IMG/VR virus record: IMGVR_UViG_3300005077_000034
Location: 1 to 44,019 of that record
Origin: a virus
Lineage: Duplodnaviria; Caudoviricetes
Length of the DNA: 44,019 nt
Strand: one strand, 5' to 3'
Positions within the stretch are counted from its first letter, which is position 1. Each line of letters opens with the position of its first letter. A model generated the notes under the pieces. It had not been told where the DNA came from, did no database searches, and worked only from the letters and a program-made list of their open reading frames with translations. The translations under genes and the position numbers were made by a program. Of the stretch, positions 7,417-17,500 are shown piece by piece.

Positions 7417-9957
7417 CTAAACATATTGTGCGCCGGCGGTAGCAGAACCGAACGCATCGCCAGGAAAATAAGTTGCCCCGCCGCCGGCGGTATCGATCAC
7501 AGAATTGGTATAGGCCCAATACCTCGTGCCGACTATGGTGTAGGAGCCGACATCGAAGGTCGTGTAGGTAGATAGAATGCGTACCATGCCAAGGCCAGAG
7601 ACTTGAACAAAATTTGAAAAGGTTATATCGTCCAAAAACGTGACCGTCGAACCGCTCCCAGACGACACGTAGCTTTGGTCCTCGCACTGGATAAACACCC
7701 ACGCATCGCCAGAAATAGAGAAGTCGTTTGCCAGATAGATATTGCTTCTGGCAAAGGCGCCTATATGCCCGTAGTAACAAGCGCCAAATTCCAAGTCGCG
7801 AATATTCAAAACGGATCCGCTTGCCGTCGCAACACCATAACCAGCATCGGCCTCTACTTTGAAACCACTCACAGCCCACACGGTTGTAATGCCACGCGCC
7901 GTAATGGCGTTGCTGGTGCTTGTGCTGATGACAACATTGGATGGCGTCGTCTCGTCGCCGATTAACAAAAGATCATCTCCGCCAGTAGCGGCGGAAACAG
8001 CGTCAAAGCCAAATACGTTCTTGAGTTGAACGGCCTCGTTATACGTTCCAGCACCGACCTGAATTGTTACCTGGTATCCCGCTATGTTGAGTGAAGAAAC
8101 AATGTCCACGGCATGCTGAATAGTAAGAAAGGCACCCTCCGCGTCGTTGGTGAGGCCATCGTTGTCATCGTCGCCGTCTGCCCTGACATAATACGTCCTG
8201 TTTTCCGTCAGGGTGTCCAGGACGGCGGTCAGTGTCTTCTCGACTTCCGTATCTCCGTTTTTCATACGCGTCTTGAGGCTTCCGGCGCTGTCGGACCACA
8301 GAACGACCTTGCCATCCCAGTATTCCGGCGCATCATCACGCCCATCAAAGGTCACGCGGTCAACCTGTAACCCATCATCATCAATGATCAGCTTGCCGTC
8401 ATCTGTTTGCAGCTTCAGGCCACTTACGTAGCTGTACAACAGATAGCGGCTGGCATCGCCAATGGCAACGCCGTACTCCGTGTCTGTCACGCCCAGAAAG
8501 CCGCGGAGCATGCCGAAGCGGGCAACGTCAGAGATCTGGTACGGGTGCGCCCCAAAGCGCCGGGCAACACCGAAATACGGACCGTATTGCCTGGAGCCCT
8601 CCAATGTGAGAAACCCGCCGAGTGCAGCAGTACCGCTGCCGCCGAAGACGCCTTCGCCAAACTGCATTTCGCCAAACAGCGGCATCGGATCTGGCCAGGA
8701 CGCAGCGCCCGTGCAGTGGACCGACATGCCAGCGTACAGGTCATAGGCAGGCTCCCCGTCGGCTCCGCGCTCAACAGGGTAACTATATCCGTCAGCCGTC
8801 ACTGTATAGTCTCCAGTGACGCGTATCCATTCTTTGGTCGTAGAGGATGGCTTTACGTATAGAATGTCATTCTCTTCAAAGACGGGATCCTGAAAAACGA
8901 GCGTCGTGTCCGTAGACAGTGCGTCTACGGCGATATTGGTGCCGTCTGCAATGCGCTGGCGCCCGGCGATCACAGAAATCTCTTCCGTCTTGAACGTGGC
9001 TCCGATAATACCGCCGCGCACTGTAACATCATTGAATTCGGCCCAGCCGGAACTGTCGATATGCCAACCGGAAATTCCAGAGGCATAGTTTGTACTCTCA
9101 AGAATGGCTGCGAAATGAGCATCGTCCAGCCATACCTCGCCAGACTTGGTAACACGGAATGGCGCGCTGTTCGGGTCTGCGGCGCCGATCCACAAGCGAA
9201 AGTCGTCCTCGTCTATGGAGCTCAGCACCGCTACATCATCGCCGCTGCCTACGGTAATCTGGCCAGACGGATCCAGGTCTATATCATTTTTTGTGAGCTT
9301 GTCTTCCTCAATATCCCAACCAGCGATCTCACCAGCAGTAGCAAATAACTCCCCGGAAATAGAAACCTTGAAGGTAGCATCTGCCGGATCAATTGCGCCG
9401 GCCCACAAACGATATTCATCATCAAGGCTATCGAGCTTAACTACATTTTCATCACTGCCAAGAGAAATCTGGCCAGACGGATAAATAAAAGTCGTTCCGT
9501 TGAAGATCGCTCCAGACTCCGTGACCTGCCACCCGCCCATTGAAAATGGATCATCACGATGTACGTGGTTCTTCATCGCCGGCTCAAAATTCAAGTGCTG
9601 CAATCCAATGCCGCCCGTCTTTACTCGCAGACCGTAAGGCGATGATTCAATGGTCCTATTATCCAGAGGATAAAATCCGCCCCCGCTTGCCGTCGCGATG
9701 CCAGAAGCAGCATTGGCGACCATTACTTCTGGGCGATTATCTCGCCAGCGTATTGCAACATCTTGCCCTATCTGCAAATCACCAATATCGCCAAGAACAC
9801 GCACATGACGAATAATACCGGATGAATTTCGTAAACGAATGTCCACGCGGTCGGCGTCGATTGAATGAATTATGGCCTCTGTTGCCCTGCTGATTTCAGA
9901 CCTGCTTACGATCTGCTCAACAACCGAGCGAACAGATGTTCTATCAGTTAATGGCAT
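7417..9957 (-). CDS. tail fibre / receptor-binding protein with C-terminal beta-helix
   Basis: Two approx. 60-aa internal repeats (PSGQI..RLW.GA.DP..F.V..SGE), SGW.I..SG.AEFN motif, and TYYVRADGDDDNDGL..AFLTIQHAVD preceding a pectin-lyase-like region. Confidence 0.7.
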   Translation of the reverse strand: MPLTDRTSVRSVVEQIVSRSEISRATEAIIHSIDADRVDIRLRNSSGIIRHVRVLGDIGDLQIGQDVAIRWRDNRPEVMVANAASGIATASGGGFYPLDNRTIESSPYGLRVKTGGIGLQHLNFEPAMKNHVHRDDPFSMGGWQVTESGAIFNGTTFIYPSGQISLGSDENVVKLDSLDDEYRLWAGAIDPADATFKVSISGELFATAGEIAGWDIEEDKLTKNDIDLDPSGQITVGSGDDVAVLSSIDEDDFRLWIGAADPNSAPFRVTKSGEVWLDDAHFAAILESTNYASGISGWHIDSSGWAEFNDVTVRGGIIGATFKTEEISVIAGRQRIADGTNIAVDALSTDTTLVFQDPVFEENDILYVKPSSTTKEWIRVTGDYTVTADGYSYPVERGADGEPAYDLYAGMSVHCTGAASWPDPMPLFGEMQFGEGVFGGSGTAALGGFLTLEGSRQYGPYFGVARRFGAHPYQISDVARFGMLRGFLGVTDTEYGVAIGDASRYLLYSYVSGLKLQTDDGKLIIDDDGLQVDRVTFDGRDDAPEYWDGKVVLWSDSAGSLKTRMKNGDTEVEKTLTAVLDTLTENRTYYVRADGDDDNDGLTNDAEGAFLTIQHAVDIVSSLNIAGYQVTIQVGAGTYNEAVQLKNVFGFDAVSAATGGDDLLLIGDETTPSNVVISTSTSNAITARGITTVWAVSGFKVEADAGYGVATASGSVLNIRDLEFGACYYGHIGAFARSNIYLANDFSISGDAWVFIQCEDQSYVSSGSGSTVTFLDDITFSNFVQVSGLGMVRILSTYTTFDVGSYTIVGTRYWAYTNSVIDTAGGGATYFPGDAFGSATAGAQYV

Positions 9958-12900
9958 ATCTGGCCTCTACGCTCATATCAAATATCGGCTGATCTCCAGA
10001 TACATCAAGCGTATAATCAACCGCATCTATAATTATTGTCTCATACCCAGAAGGAATATACACCCTGGCTACATCATTGCTCTCTATCCTGGGATCAGCA
10101 GCCCCGACGAAGGATACCGTCTCCGCCGACGATTGAACATCATATAAAATTGCAGTGGCCTCCATAGACGTCTCCCATTCATCGGTGGCCTCCGGAGCGT
10201 TAAACATACCGAATAGAAAACCGTGCTCTGCGATTTGGTCATAGTCTACGAGCTCGACAATCTCGCCGCCCTCGGATCGAATGACCGTCTTTAACTCTGC
10301 GTCTGATATGGATCGGCCAACGTCCACGACTATATCTGGAATCGTATAATCATAAGATCCGCCGAAGGCTATCCTGGCCAAATGAATACCGCCATCGTCC
10401 TTGTCGATAATGCCAATTCTCTTGGCCCCTATCACCTGAGTTAGAAGCTGGTATCCCCGGACCCCCATATCAAGAATGAAATTATCCACACGACGATCTA
10501 TGAGTGGCGCAGAAATATCAACGACAAAGGTTGCCGCAAGATAAGAGACGATCCCAATATAGTCTCCGTCCAAATATGTTCCATCTGTAAATGAGTGAAC
10601 GAAACGACCGTTTACCCATATAGAAAAATGCCCCATATCATATTCAAGATCTGTCTGGACAGAAATAGTTACTTCTCCCCCGGGGGAGAAACTCATTGGA
10701 TATTCTTCAAGCAGGGTCCATCCAGAATCATAGATATAAAAATTAACATTATCGTCATCGTCTATTGTAATTCGATAACCCTGCGCTGGAGTTGTTGGAT
10801 CATCAAGCCTGAACTCTAGGCCAACCTCTCCGCCAGCCGCCAGCGTTGGCATATCAAACTTAACAATGGCATGTCTATGCTGATCGAAATATTCTCCATT
10901 CCACCCAGCATCCGTGAACTCGACAGACTCATCAATGTCTTTTTCTGCGGTAAAGTTGAAAACCCCGGACTTACCAGCGATTTCTGCCGCCATATCCTCG
11001 ATACGCATATCAATATCAGTGGAATGAACCTCAAATGAATCACACAGGACACGGTTTGATCTATAAATACTAACTTCTGTTTCTCCGTGTGATGTAACAG
11101 TTGTGTCATCTACGCCACGAAGAAGCTCCCCATCAACATCGGTTCCAATCATAAGGGCCGGCTTAATAAGAAACTTGCTGCCATCCCCGAAAGAAGATGG
11201 CCTCTCGTCTACAAAAATGCGCCTAGCATCTGGATCCTCCCACGCCCCATGATTGGTATCATTAACGTGATCCTCCCAATTATCAGGAGGCAGGTAAGAC
11301 CTATTTGGAACCCACTGCGAAGGAGCCTGCGAATCATAGCCAACGATCCTCATTGCCCTACCTTCGCCGGGGCCCTCTATGCAAACGAGTGCCATGTCGT
11401 TATATGTGTCCTCATCGATTGTAACTGCATCTGCATCGGCCACATAAATCTCATACGCATCTGCCACAAATGGCCCGGCCCCAACAAGCTGGAATGGTAG
11501 GGACCCAGAACAATTGTTCCAATGCGGAGATCCATCTTTCCAGTAAAGAGTCAGTCCCAGAGCCTCAGAATACGAAGCATTAAGCTTAACCTGGTAATAA
11601 TTGCTTGCATCGGCATACGCAGAATAAGTTTCACTGGAAGACCCTATTGATGGAGCAGTAGACAAGAACACCCAATATGCCTTCCCATAACCAGATGCGG
11701 CCAGCGTTCTATTTGGATAGTCATTATGCGTCCACGACTCGCCCGTAAAATCAAATTCAATCCAATCATATTCTGTATCTATATCGGCTGCCGCAACGCC
11801 AGTGGACCTTCCAAGAACTGCGGAGGCGACTGGATGATAGTCGTTATCAAATGCATCAAGAACAAAGTACGCATAAAGATCGCCAGGGCTTCCAACCTTT
11901 TTAACGGGTACATAAAGCTTGTCTACACGTTCTCGCCCGTATGGGCCGCGGAATGCCTGCCCGACAAACATACTCTCTGTATATGAGCGGCCAAGATTTA
12001 TTTCACCAGTCTCATCTCTCCATGGCTGGTTATATAAAAGAATATTGTCCCAGCTCGCATTATTATGTGGAGCCTGACGAAAAGTATATCCCTCAATCCA
12101 CTCCATCTCATCAGGAAGCGGAGACGCCGTAGCCACTCCGTCGTATGTAATCTTCTCGTTATCCACAATAACGGTCTCTGTGGTCGGAAAGTCAGTTACA
12201 TCATCAACGGGAATAATGGCGGCGCTGCTGCTAAATCCCACGGTATCGGAATACACAGATCCGTTACGCATATATAAAGCGCCGCGCCCAACATCATCCT
12301 GATCTCTAAACCATGGTTCTGTATCATCTTCCTCGAATACTGTTTCGATTACTTCAACCCACGACGTCGTGGCGTCTTCTCTGTACGAAACCCTAATATA
12401 ACCATCCTGAAATAAAATCTCTATCCAATACCATGTGTCGGCATCAAGCTCCAGTGAGGACGTCGCAATCTCAGTCCATACGTCAGTAACAATACTATAT
12501 ACTTTCATATCTGTACCGTCGTAGATGGCAAAGATGCCGCTATTCCCGTACTGACCTTCTGTTACCTCCGAGGCCTCTACGCCAAGCCTCGTGGCGGCCT
12601 CATACTTTGTTTCCTGGTAATAATTTACGCCAACGCCGAAACTCGGAGAATAACCGCTATCCGTCGTGTACTTGAACCTTGCCTTTGAGGACCCGCCCCT
12701 GGTAGCCCGCTCAACGGTATAGGCAAATCCATCTATGTTAAGGTCTTCCATAGAGAGAACAGAGTCGTCCGAATTCCAGTCTCCTGGAGACAGGACGATT
12801 TCCTCTAACTCAGATGGATTACAATACCCTTTATTCTGAGACCAGAAATCATACGACTGATCACTTTCCCATTGATCCATTTTTTTGGCGCCAATGCTTC

Positions 12901-14152
12901 TACCGCCAAGAGCAAACCTTCCACCGGACAGTGTATCAGACGGAGAAATAACATCGAGCCCAAATTTTCCAAGAGTAGAGCTGTTTCCGTTAATCGTAGA
13001 GAAAATCTCTACCTCGCCACCTTCACGAATGATCGGATCGTCCCGTAATGAATTTGATATTTCGCCAGAGAATTTTCCAGCATTAGACGTCCTGAAGTTA
13101 ATGGATGCGCCAAAAACCTCGCTGGTTGTTTTCTTTCTAGTGGAGTTATCCACCCCAACGAGCATGGTGGCCGGCGAATATGCTTCGCCGCCATACCCGG
13201 AATAAACAAGATAATTCCCAATAAGAAAGAGCTTTCCGCCAATCGTATCGCTCCAATGATTGCTGATGTACATATCTCTTGCGGAAGAGAAATTATCTCC
13301 GTTGCCGAAGGAATACATCTCAAATTCCATGAATTCCCCGCGCGAGTATCTACCTGCAATCCATATCTTCCCATCAATTACAGACACAGAGCCAAGCTGA
13401 AAGAAGGCGGTATTATCCACAACGTCCAGCGGAACGACCTGCTTAAGCTCAGACCAGACCCCGTTCGATACTTTAGTATACAAAGATCTCCCAGTGTCCT
13501 TGTCCGCAGCAAAAATATAATCATAGTCGCCGAGGGTAACGGCGTCGAATCTGGCGTCCGCCGTTGCATCGCCGTATACCCGCCCATGAAATGTGCTTTG
13601 AATAGATCCAGTGCTTGAAACTGCATATATAGCACTGTATTTCTGAACGCCACCATCAGGCCCGACCTTCACATAACACAAATCTGTGTTTACAGGAGCC
13701 AGGCGAACATCAAGTGTCAGCCATGTTGAAATATCAAGAACCTGAACTTCTGTTCCCCAGGTATCTGTTCCGCTATCATAATCAATATAATAAAGATACC
13801 CGTCGTCCTTTGCGAACCACGCCCTTGAATCTTCAACGGCAATATTGCAATTCGAATTTCCAGAAAGAGCATTAATCTGAGACCACGCTCCCCACGGCTG
13901 CCACGTGTCCGTGATTATTTCAACCGGATCATCAATATACACATACTGCAAAGTACCGTCGTTCTTTGTGGCTACACGCAATATGCCAGAGCCGTCCTGG
14001 CAGGCGTCTACATCGTAGACACTATAGACGCCAATGCTCTCAGAGTTATTTCTCGCAGAGAAAACAAGGCGATTGTCTCTAAATATAAACTGACCGCCAA
14101 TGGCTCTGGAATTTCCCAGCAAGGATTCTACGTCCCATGATGTAGTTCTCAT
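9944..14152 (-). CDS. large tail hub/baseplate (Tal-like) protein
   Basis: About 1400 aa, acidic and beta-rich; second gene after the tape measure; start at 14152 gives an ATGA overlap; C-terminal ADPRIESNDV resembles hub proteins. Confidence 0.65.
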   Translation of the reverse strand: MRTTSWDVESLLGNSRAIGGQFIFRDNRLVFSARNNSESIGVYSVYDVDACQDGSGILRVATKNDGTLQYVYIDDPVEIITDTWQPWGAWSQINALSGNSNCNIAVEDSRAWFAKDDGYLYYIDYDSGTDTWGTEVQVLDISTWLTLDVRLAPVNTDLCYVKVGPDGGVQKYSAIYAVSSTGSIQSTFHGRVYGDATADARFDAVTLGDYDYIFAADKDTGRSLYTKVSNGVWSELKQVVPLDVVDNTAFFQLGSVSVIDGKIWIAGRYSRGEFMEFEMYSFGNGDNFSSARDMYISNHWSDTIGGKLFLIGNYLVYSGYGGEAYSPATMLVGVDNSTRKKTTSEVFGASINFRTSNAGKFSGEISNSLRDDPIIREGGEVEIFSTINGNSSTLGKFGLDVISPSDTLSGGRFALGGRSIGAKKMDQWESDQSYDFWSQNKGYCNPSELEEIVLSPGDWNSDDSVLSMEDLNIDGFAYTVERATRGGSSKARFKYTTDSGYSPSFGVGVNYYQETKYEAATRLGVEASEVTEGQYGNSGIFAIYDGTDMKVYSIVTDVWTEIATSSLELDADTWYWIEILFQDGYIRVSYREDATTSWVEVIETVFEEDDTEPWFRDQDDVGRGALYMRNGSVYSDTVGFSSSAAIIPVDDVTDFPTTETVIVDNEKITYDGVATASPLPDEMEWIEGYTFRQAPHNNASWDNILLYNQPWRDETGEINLGRSYTESMFVGQAFRGPYGRERVDKLYVPVKKVGSPGDLYAYFVLDAFDNDYHPVASAVLGRSTGVAAADIDTEYDWIEFDFTGESWTHNDYPNRTLAASGYGKAYWVFLSTAPSIGSSSETYSAYADASNYYQVKLNASYSEALGLTLYWKDGSPHWNNCSGSLPFQLVGAGPFVADAYEIYVADADAVTIDEDTYNDMALVCIEGPGEGRAMRIVGYDSQAPSQWVPNRSYLPPDNWEDHVNDTNHGAWEDPDARRIFVDERPSSFGDGSKFLIKPALMIGTDVDGELLRGVDDTTVTSHGETEVSIYRSNRVLCDSFEVHSTDIDMRIEDMAAEIAGKSGVFNFTAEKDIDESVEFTDAGWNGEYFDQHRHAIVKFDMPTLAAGGEVGLEFRLDDPTTPAQGYRITIDDDDNVNFYIYDSGWTLLEEYPMSFSPGGEVTISVQTDLEYDMGHFSIWVNGRFVHSFTDGTYLDGDYIGIVSYLAATFVVDISAPLIDRRVDNFILDMGVRGYQLLTQVIGAKRIGIIDKDDGGIHLARIAFGGSYDYTIPDIVVDVGRSISDAELKTVIRSEGGEIVELVDYDQIAEHGFLFGMFNAPEATDEWETSMEATAILYDVQSSAETVSFVGAADPRIESNDVARVYIPSGYETIIIDAVDYTLDVSGDQPIFDMSVEARYAIN
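10675..10688. repeat. CTCCCCCGGGGGAG palindrome, intragenic (tail hub)
   Basis: Exact copy; extends to the 18-bp palindrome TTCTCCCCCGGGGGAGAA. Confidence 0.9.
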
Positions 14153-14532
14153 GTGTTCACCTTTATGAGATTCACGGAATAAAAGAAATTGGCGTTTGTC
14201 GAATCCCAAATTGGGATAGTGCTCTTCCTGCTCAACGCGCCGATAACATGAACGCTGCAAGAATTTCCTTCATGATCTACGAAAGTAACAGATGTCGTTT
14301 TGTCGTATGTCGTCAGGAAATTTGCTCTTGTTCCATATCCAGCAGTTATTAAATCTGAATTAGCTGTAACCCTGATAAGACCGGCCCAGCTTTCTTCTGA
14401 GGCGGGGCCGTATGTAACATCCGTCTTTCCGCTTAATGTCATTCGAACAGACGACGGCTTGTTCCTCGATGGCTCCCATTGACCAAACGGGCAACTGTAC
14501 TTATATCCATCCAGTGTAATGTAATTATTCAT
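14149..14532 (-). CDS. distal tail (Dit-like) protein
   Basis: 127 aa directly after the tape measure, with TAATG coupling; call is positional. Confidence 0.55.
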   Translation of the reverse strand: MNNYITLDGYKYSCPFGQWEPSRNKPSSVRMTLSGKTDVTYGPASEESWAGLIRVTANSDLITAGYGTRANFLTTYDKTTSVTFVDHEGNSCSVHVIGALSRKSTIPIWDSTNANFFYSVNLIKVNT

Positions 14533-17500
14533 TACAGCACCTTTAATAGATTGCCGACGTCGCGAACGGCATTGGCGTCCATACGATTAAGCTTATCGAG
14601 CAAATCAATAACGGCCTTGACGACCTCAACTGCATGAGTATTTGATCCAGCCCCTGACAGTCCTGTCAAAATATTGGAAGAGGCGCTGTCAAACCCAATA
14701 GACCCAGGCTGGGCACTTCTTAACCGTATCATTTCATCTATATCGGGAACACCAGTCAATGAATTGAGATTTTTCGCTCTGCTCATTGGAACGATGTCGC
14801 CAGGAACATCGGGAACGAAAATCTCTGGCTCATTCTCTCCAATAAGATAACGCTCGCCAGGCAAAACGTGCCCTCCGATTGCCTTCAATCCACTAAGAAG
14901 TTTACTTCCCGACCCGGTTGAGCCTGTGCCCAAATTCCCCTTTTGAACGATCGGCGGTGCAGTTATTGTCGTCCGCCCTCCGCCGCTAACATTAATATTT
15001 CCAGATCCATTAACGATAGCGTTAATGGCGACATCTACCTCACCAGACATACTCCATTCAATACTTGCAAAAACCTCTTGCAGCTTTTCCCTAAACAGAT
15101 CTGTATCTTCGCCAGCCATAATAGCCGCTGTTTGAATGGCGGCATTCAGAATCTCCATGTCCCGCTGATAGTTCATCATTGTTTCTTGATTGGCAATCTG
15201 AGCAGCCTGGATTCCAAGAGATGCTTTCTGAAGTTCTTCCTGCGCGAGATAAAACTCGCGCTGCATATCGCGCTGCTCATCCTCAAGTTTCCTGCGCTCC
15301 TTGATGAACTTAAGCTCTTCTTCGTGGGCCTCACGAGTAAGTTTCATGCGATCATCAAACTGCTTTTTCTGAAGATCAAATTCTTCATTCTGCCACTCAA
15401 CAGTTTGATCGTGACGCTCCTGCTGCTTTTCAAATGCCTCGTCTTCCCAGCCCCACTTTTCCTCCGTGCGCTGTCTCTCAACATCTATCTGCTCGGATTC
15501 AATGTTATGAGAAATCGTGGCCCTATCTCTATCCCTGATCGCATACCTACGTTCACGCCCCGTGCTAAAACGAATCTGCTCATAGGCGTCTTCCATCGTC
15601 CATCCCCACTGGATCGCCCGGGTATTATCCTGCCTGTCCCAATCTTCTCTTGTCCACTCTCGCCCTCGAGCCATTTGATATGCCTGAATGGCAAAATCCT
15701 GCTGTTTCCACGCAGTCTGAACATCAAATTTCTCTTTGGAAAAGGCCATATTCTCAGCAAATGTTTGCTCTTGAAGATCAAGCTGCTGAGTCGTCATCAT
15801 ATAGTTATAGTTTTGCTGCTCGCGCGTGAGCTTCGTGAAATCCTCCTCTATTTGCCAGAAGCCACGTCCGCCAGGCATTCCCTCGCCAGTTGTATACATG
15901 TGCTTCAGGGCAAATTGAGCCCCCTGTATACCAAGAGACGCCCTCGAAAGCGCAAGACTTTGCTGCTGCTGCTGCCAGCCCAACGCAGCCTGTCCACCAA
16001 TTCCACCGAACATTTCACCGGTCCAGGCAGACAGCATGTCACCAGACAGCCCAAGAGCTTGCCCAATTTGCTGAGCGCCTTGACCAAAAATCCCGCCCTG
16101 ATACTGGAACATTTTTCCAGCCAGCCCAGATCCGCCAGGAACAGTCATGCCGGGATCGTATCCAGATCCAAGCACCCCAAGAGCAGCGTTTCCAGTTCCA
16201 CCAGCCCACAGGAAGAAATTGGACCTTGGGTCATTTTGAAGAATTTGCGTATAGTATCTGTCTTCAGATACACCAGCTTGCGTTGCCCAGGAAAGACCAC
16301 GCTCAACCATATCTGTATTGCCGGCGCCATAACGATATCCGACCTGCCCAACGGCCTGCATTTGCACGGATAATTGATTGGCCTCGGACATGCTTGAGAC
16401 ATTATTAATCATCTCTTCCGCATCGGACTGGGATACATATCCTCTCAAAACATTGTTATATACCGCCGATGTAGCAGCGTTCTCAATACTTGTTTTAAGA
16501 CGCCCGCGCGTCTTACTGAAGCCAATAGGAGACATGCCCATTTCTCTGCGCATATCATCAATGGACTGGGCACCAGACTGAATATAGTATTGAGCCGCAA
16601 ACTCATTTTCTTTTATCTGATCCCACAAATCTGAATCTGGGTTTATGCCGGGGAGATAAACCTCCCCCGTCAGGGTTTCCGATATTTGCCCATAAAGATC
16701 GTAGACGCTCACTCCCGTTGTAGCCAACGACTTGGCTTCATCAATAGCCAGCCCATAGTACGAAGACAATTCACTACGATCGGAACCCATTATATAGGCA
16801 GAAGCATAGGCCTCAAGCGCTATATCGTATGAGTAGCCATACAAAGCTCCGCCTTGCTCCACGGATGTATTGGCTAGATTTTTCAGCACGGCATTTCGCT
16901 CTGCCGCAGACATATTCGCCAGGGTTCCCCTATTAACCCTGCGTGTATACGCTTCACCATACATTCCGGCCCAAATAGATGCATCAATAAGCCTTTGGGC
17001 TGCGCTCCAATGCGTTTCACCGTCTTCAGGGCTTCTCGATCCTGCCGCTGTCCACAAACTGAATTTCTGCCACCAATCTGGAGTGCCGTTCTCAAGCCCC
17101 CAGGTGTTTGGATCATTTTTTATAGACAGGCCTGTTCCAACAGCGCCAGCAAGAGCAACTCCTGCGCCAATGAAAGGTGCGGCAGGGCCTGCACCAAACC
17201 CGGCGGCAACAAGACTGACACCAACGCCAGCACTTAGACTCGGAAGGGCACTGCCGAAGATTCCCCCGCCAGCAGTAATCAAATCAGACAAACCGCCATA
17301 CGCATCGTCAAAACTACGACCCATACCAAGCATAAAATTAGAGCGAGTGTTAGATCGTCTAATTCTTTCTGGAATTACAGCACGATCAATGCCTTCGTAT
17401 GCGGCCAAATGAGAAACCATTGCCTGCTCATTTGCGGCATCCCTATCGGCTGCCTGCGAAAATGGACTGATGAACATCCCGGCCATTCGCGCTGAATATA

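Noticed and set aside
5388-9957. Diversity-generating retroelement target in the fibre genes
   Set aside because: No reverse transcriptase and no adenine-variant repeat pair was seen in the window.
14153-14260. N-terminal extension of the hub gene given in the ORF track
   Set aside because: It overlaps the Dit-like gene; ATG at 14152 gives a typical ATGA overlap.
14943-16373. 476-aa plus-strand ORF
   Set aside because: Antisense shadow of the coiled-coil part of the tape measure; Leu-rich, no RBS or motifs.
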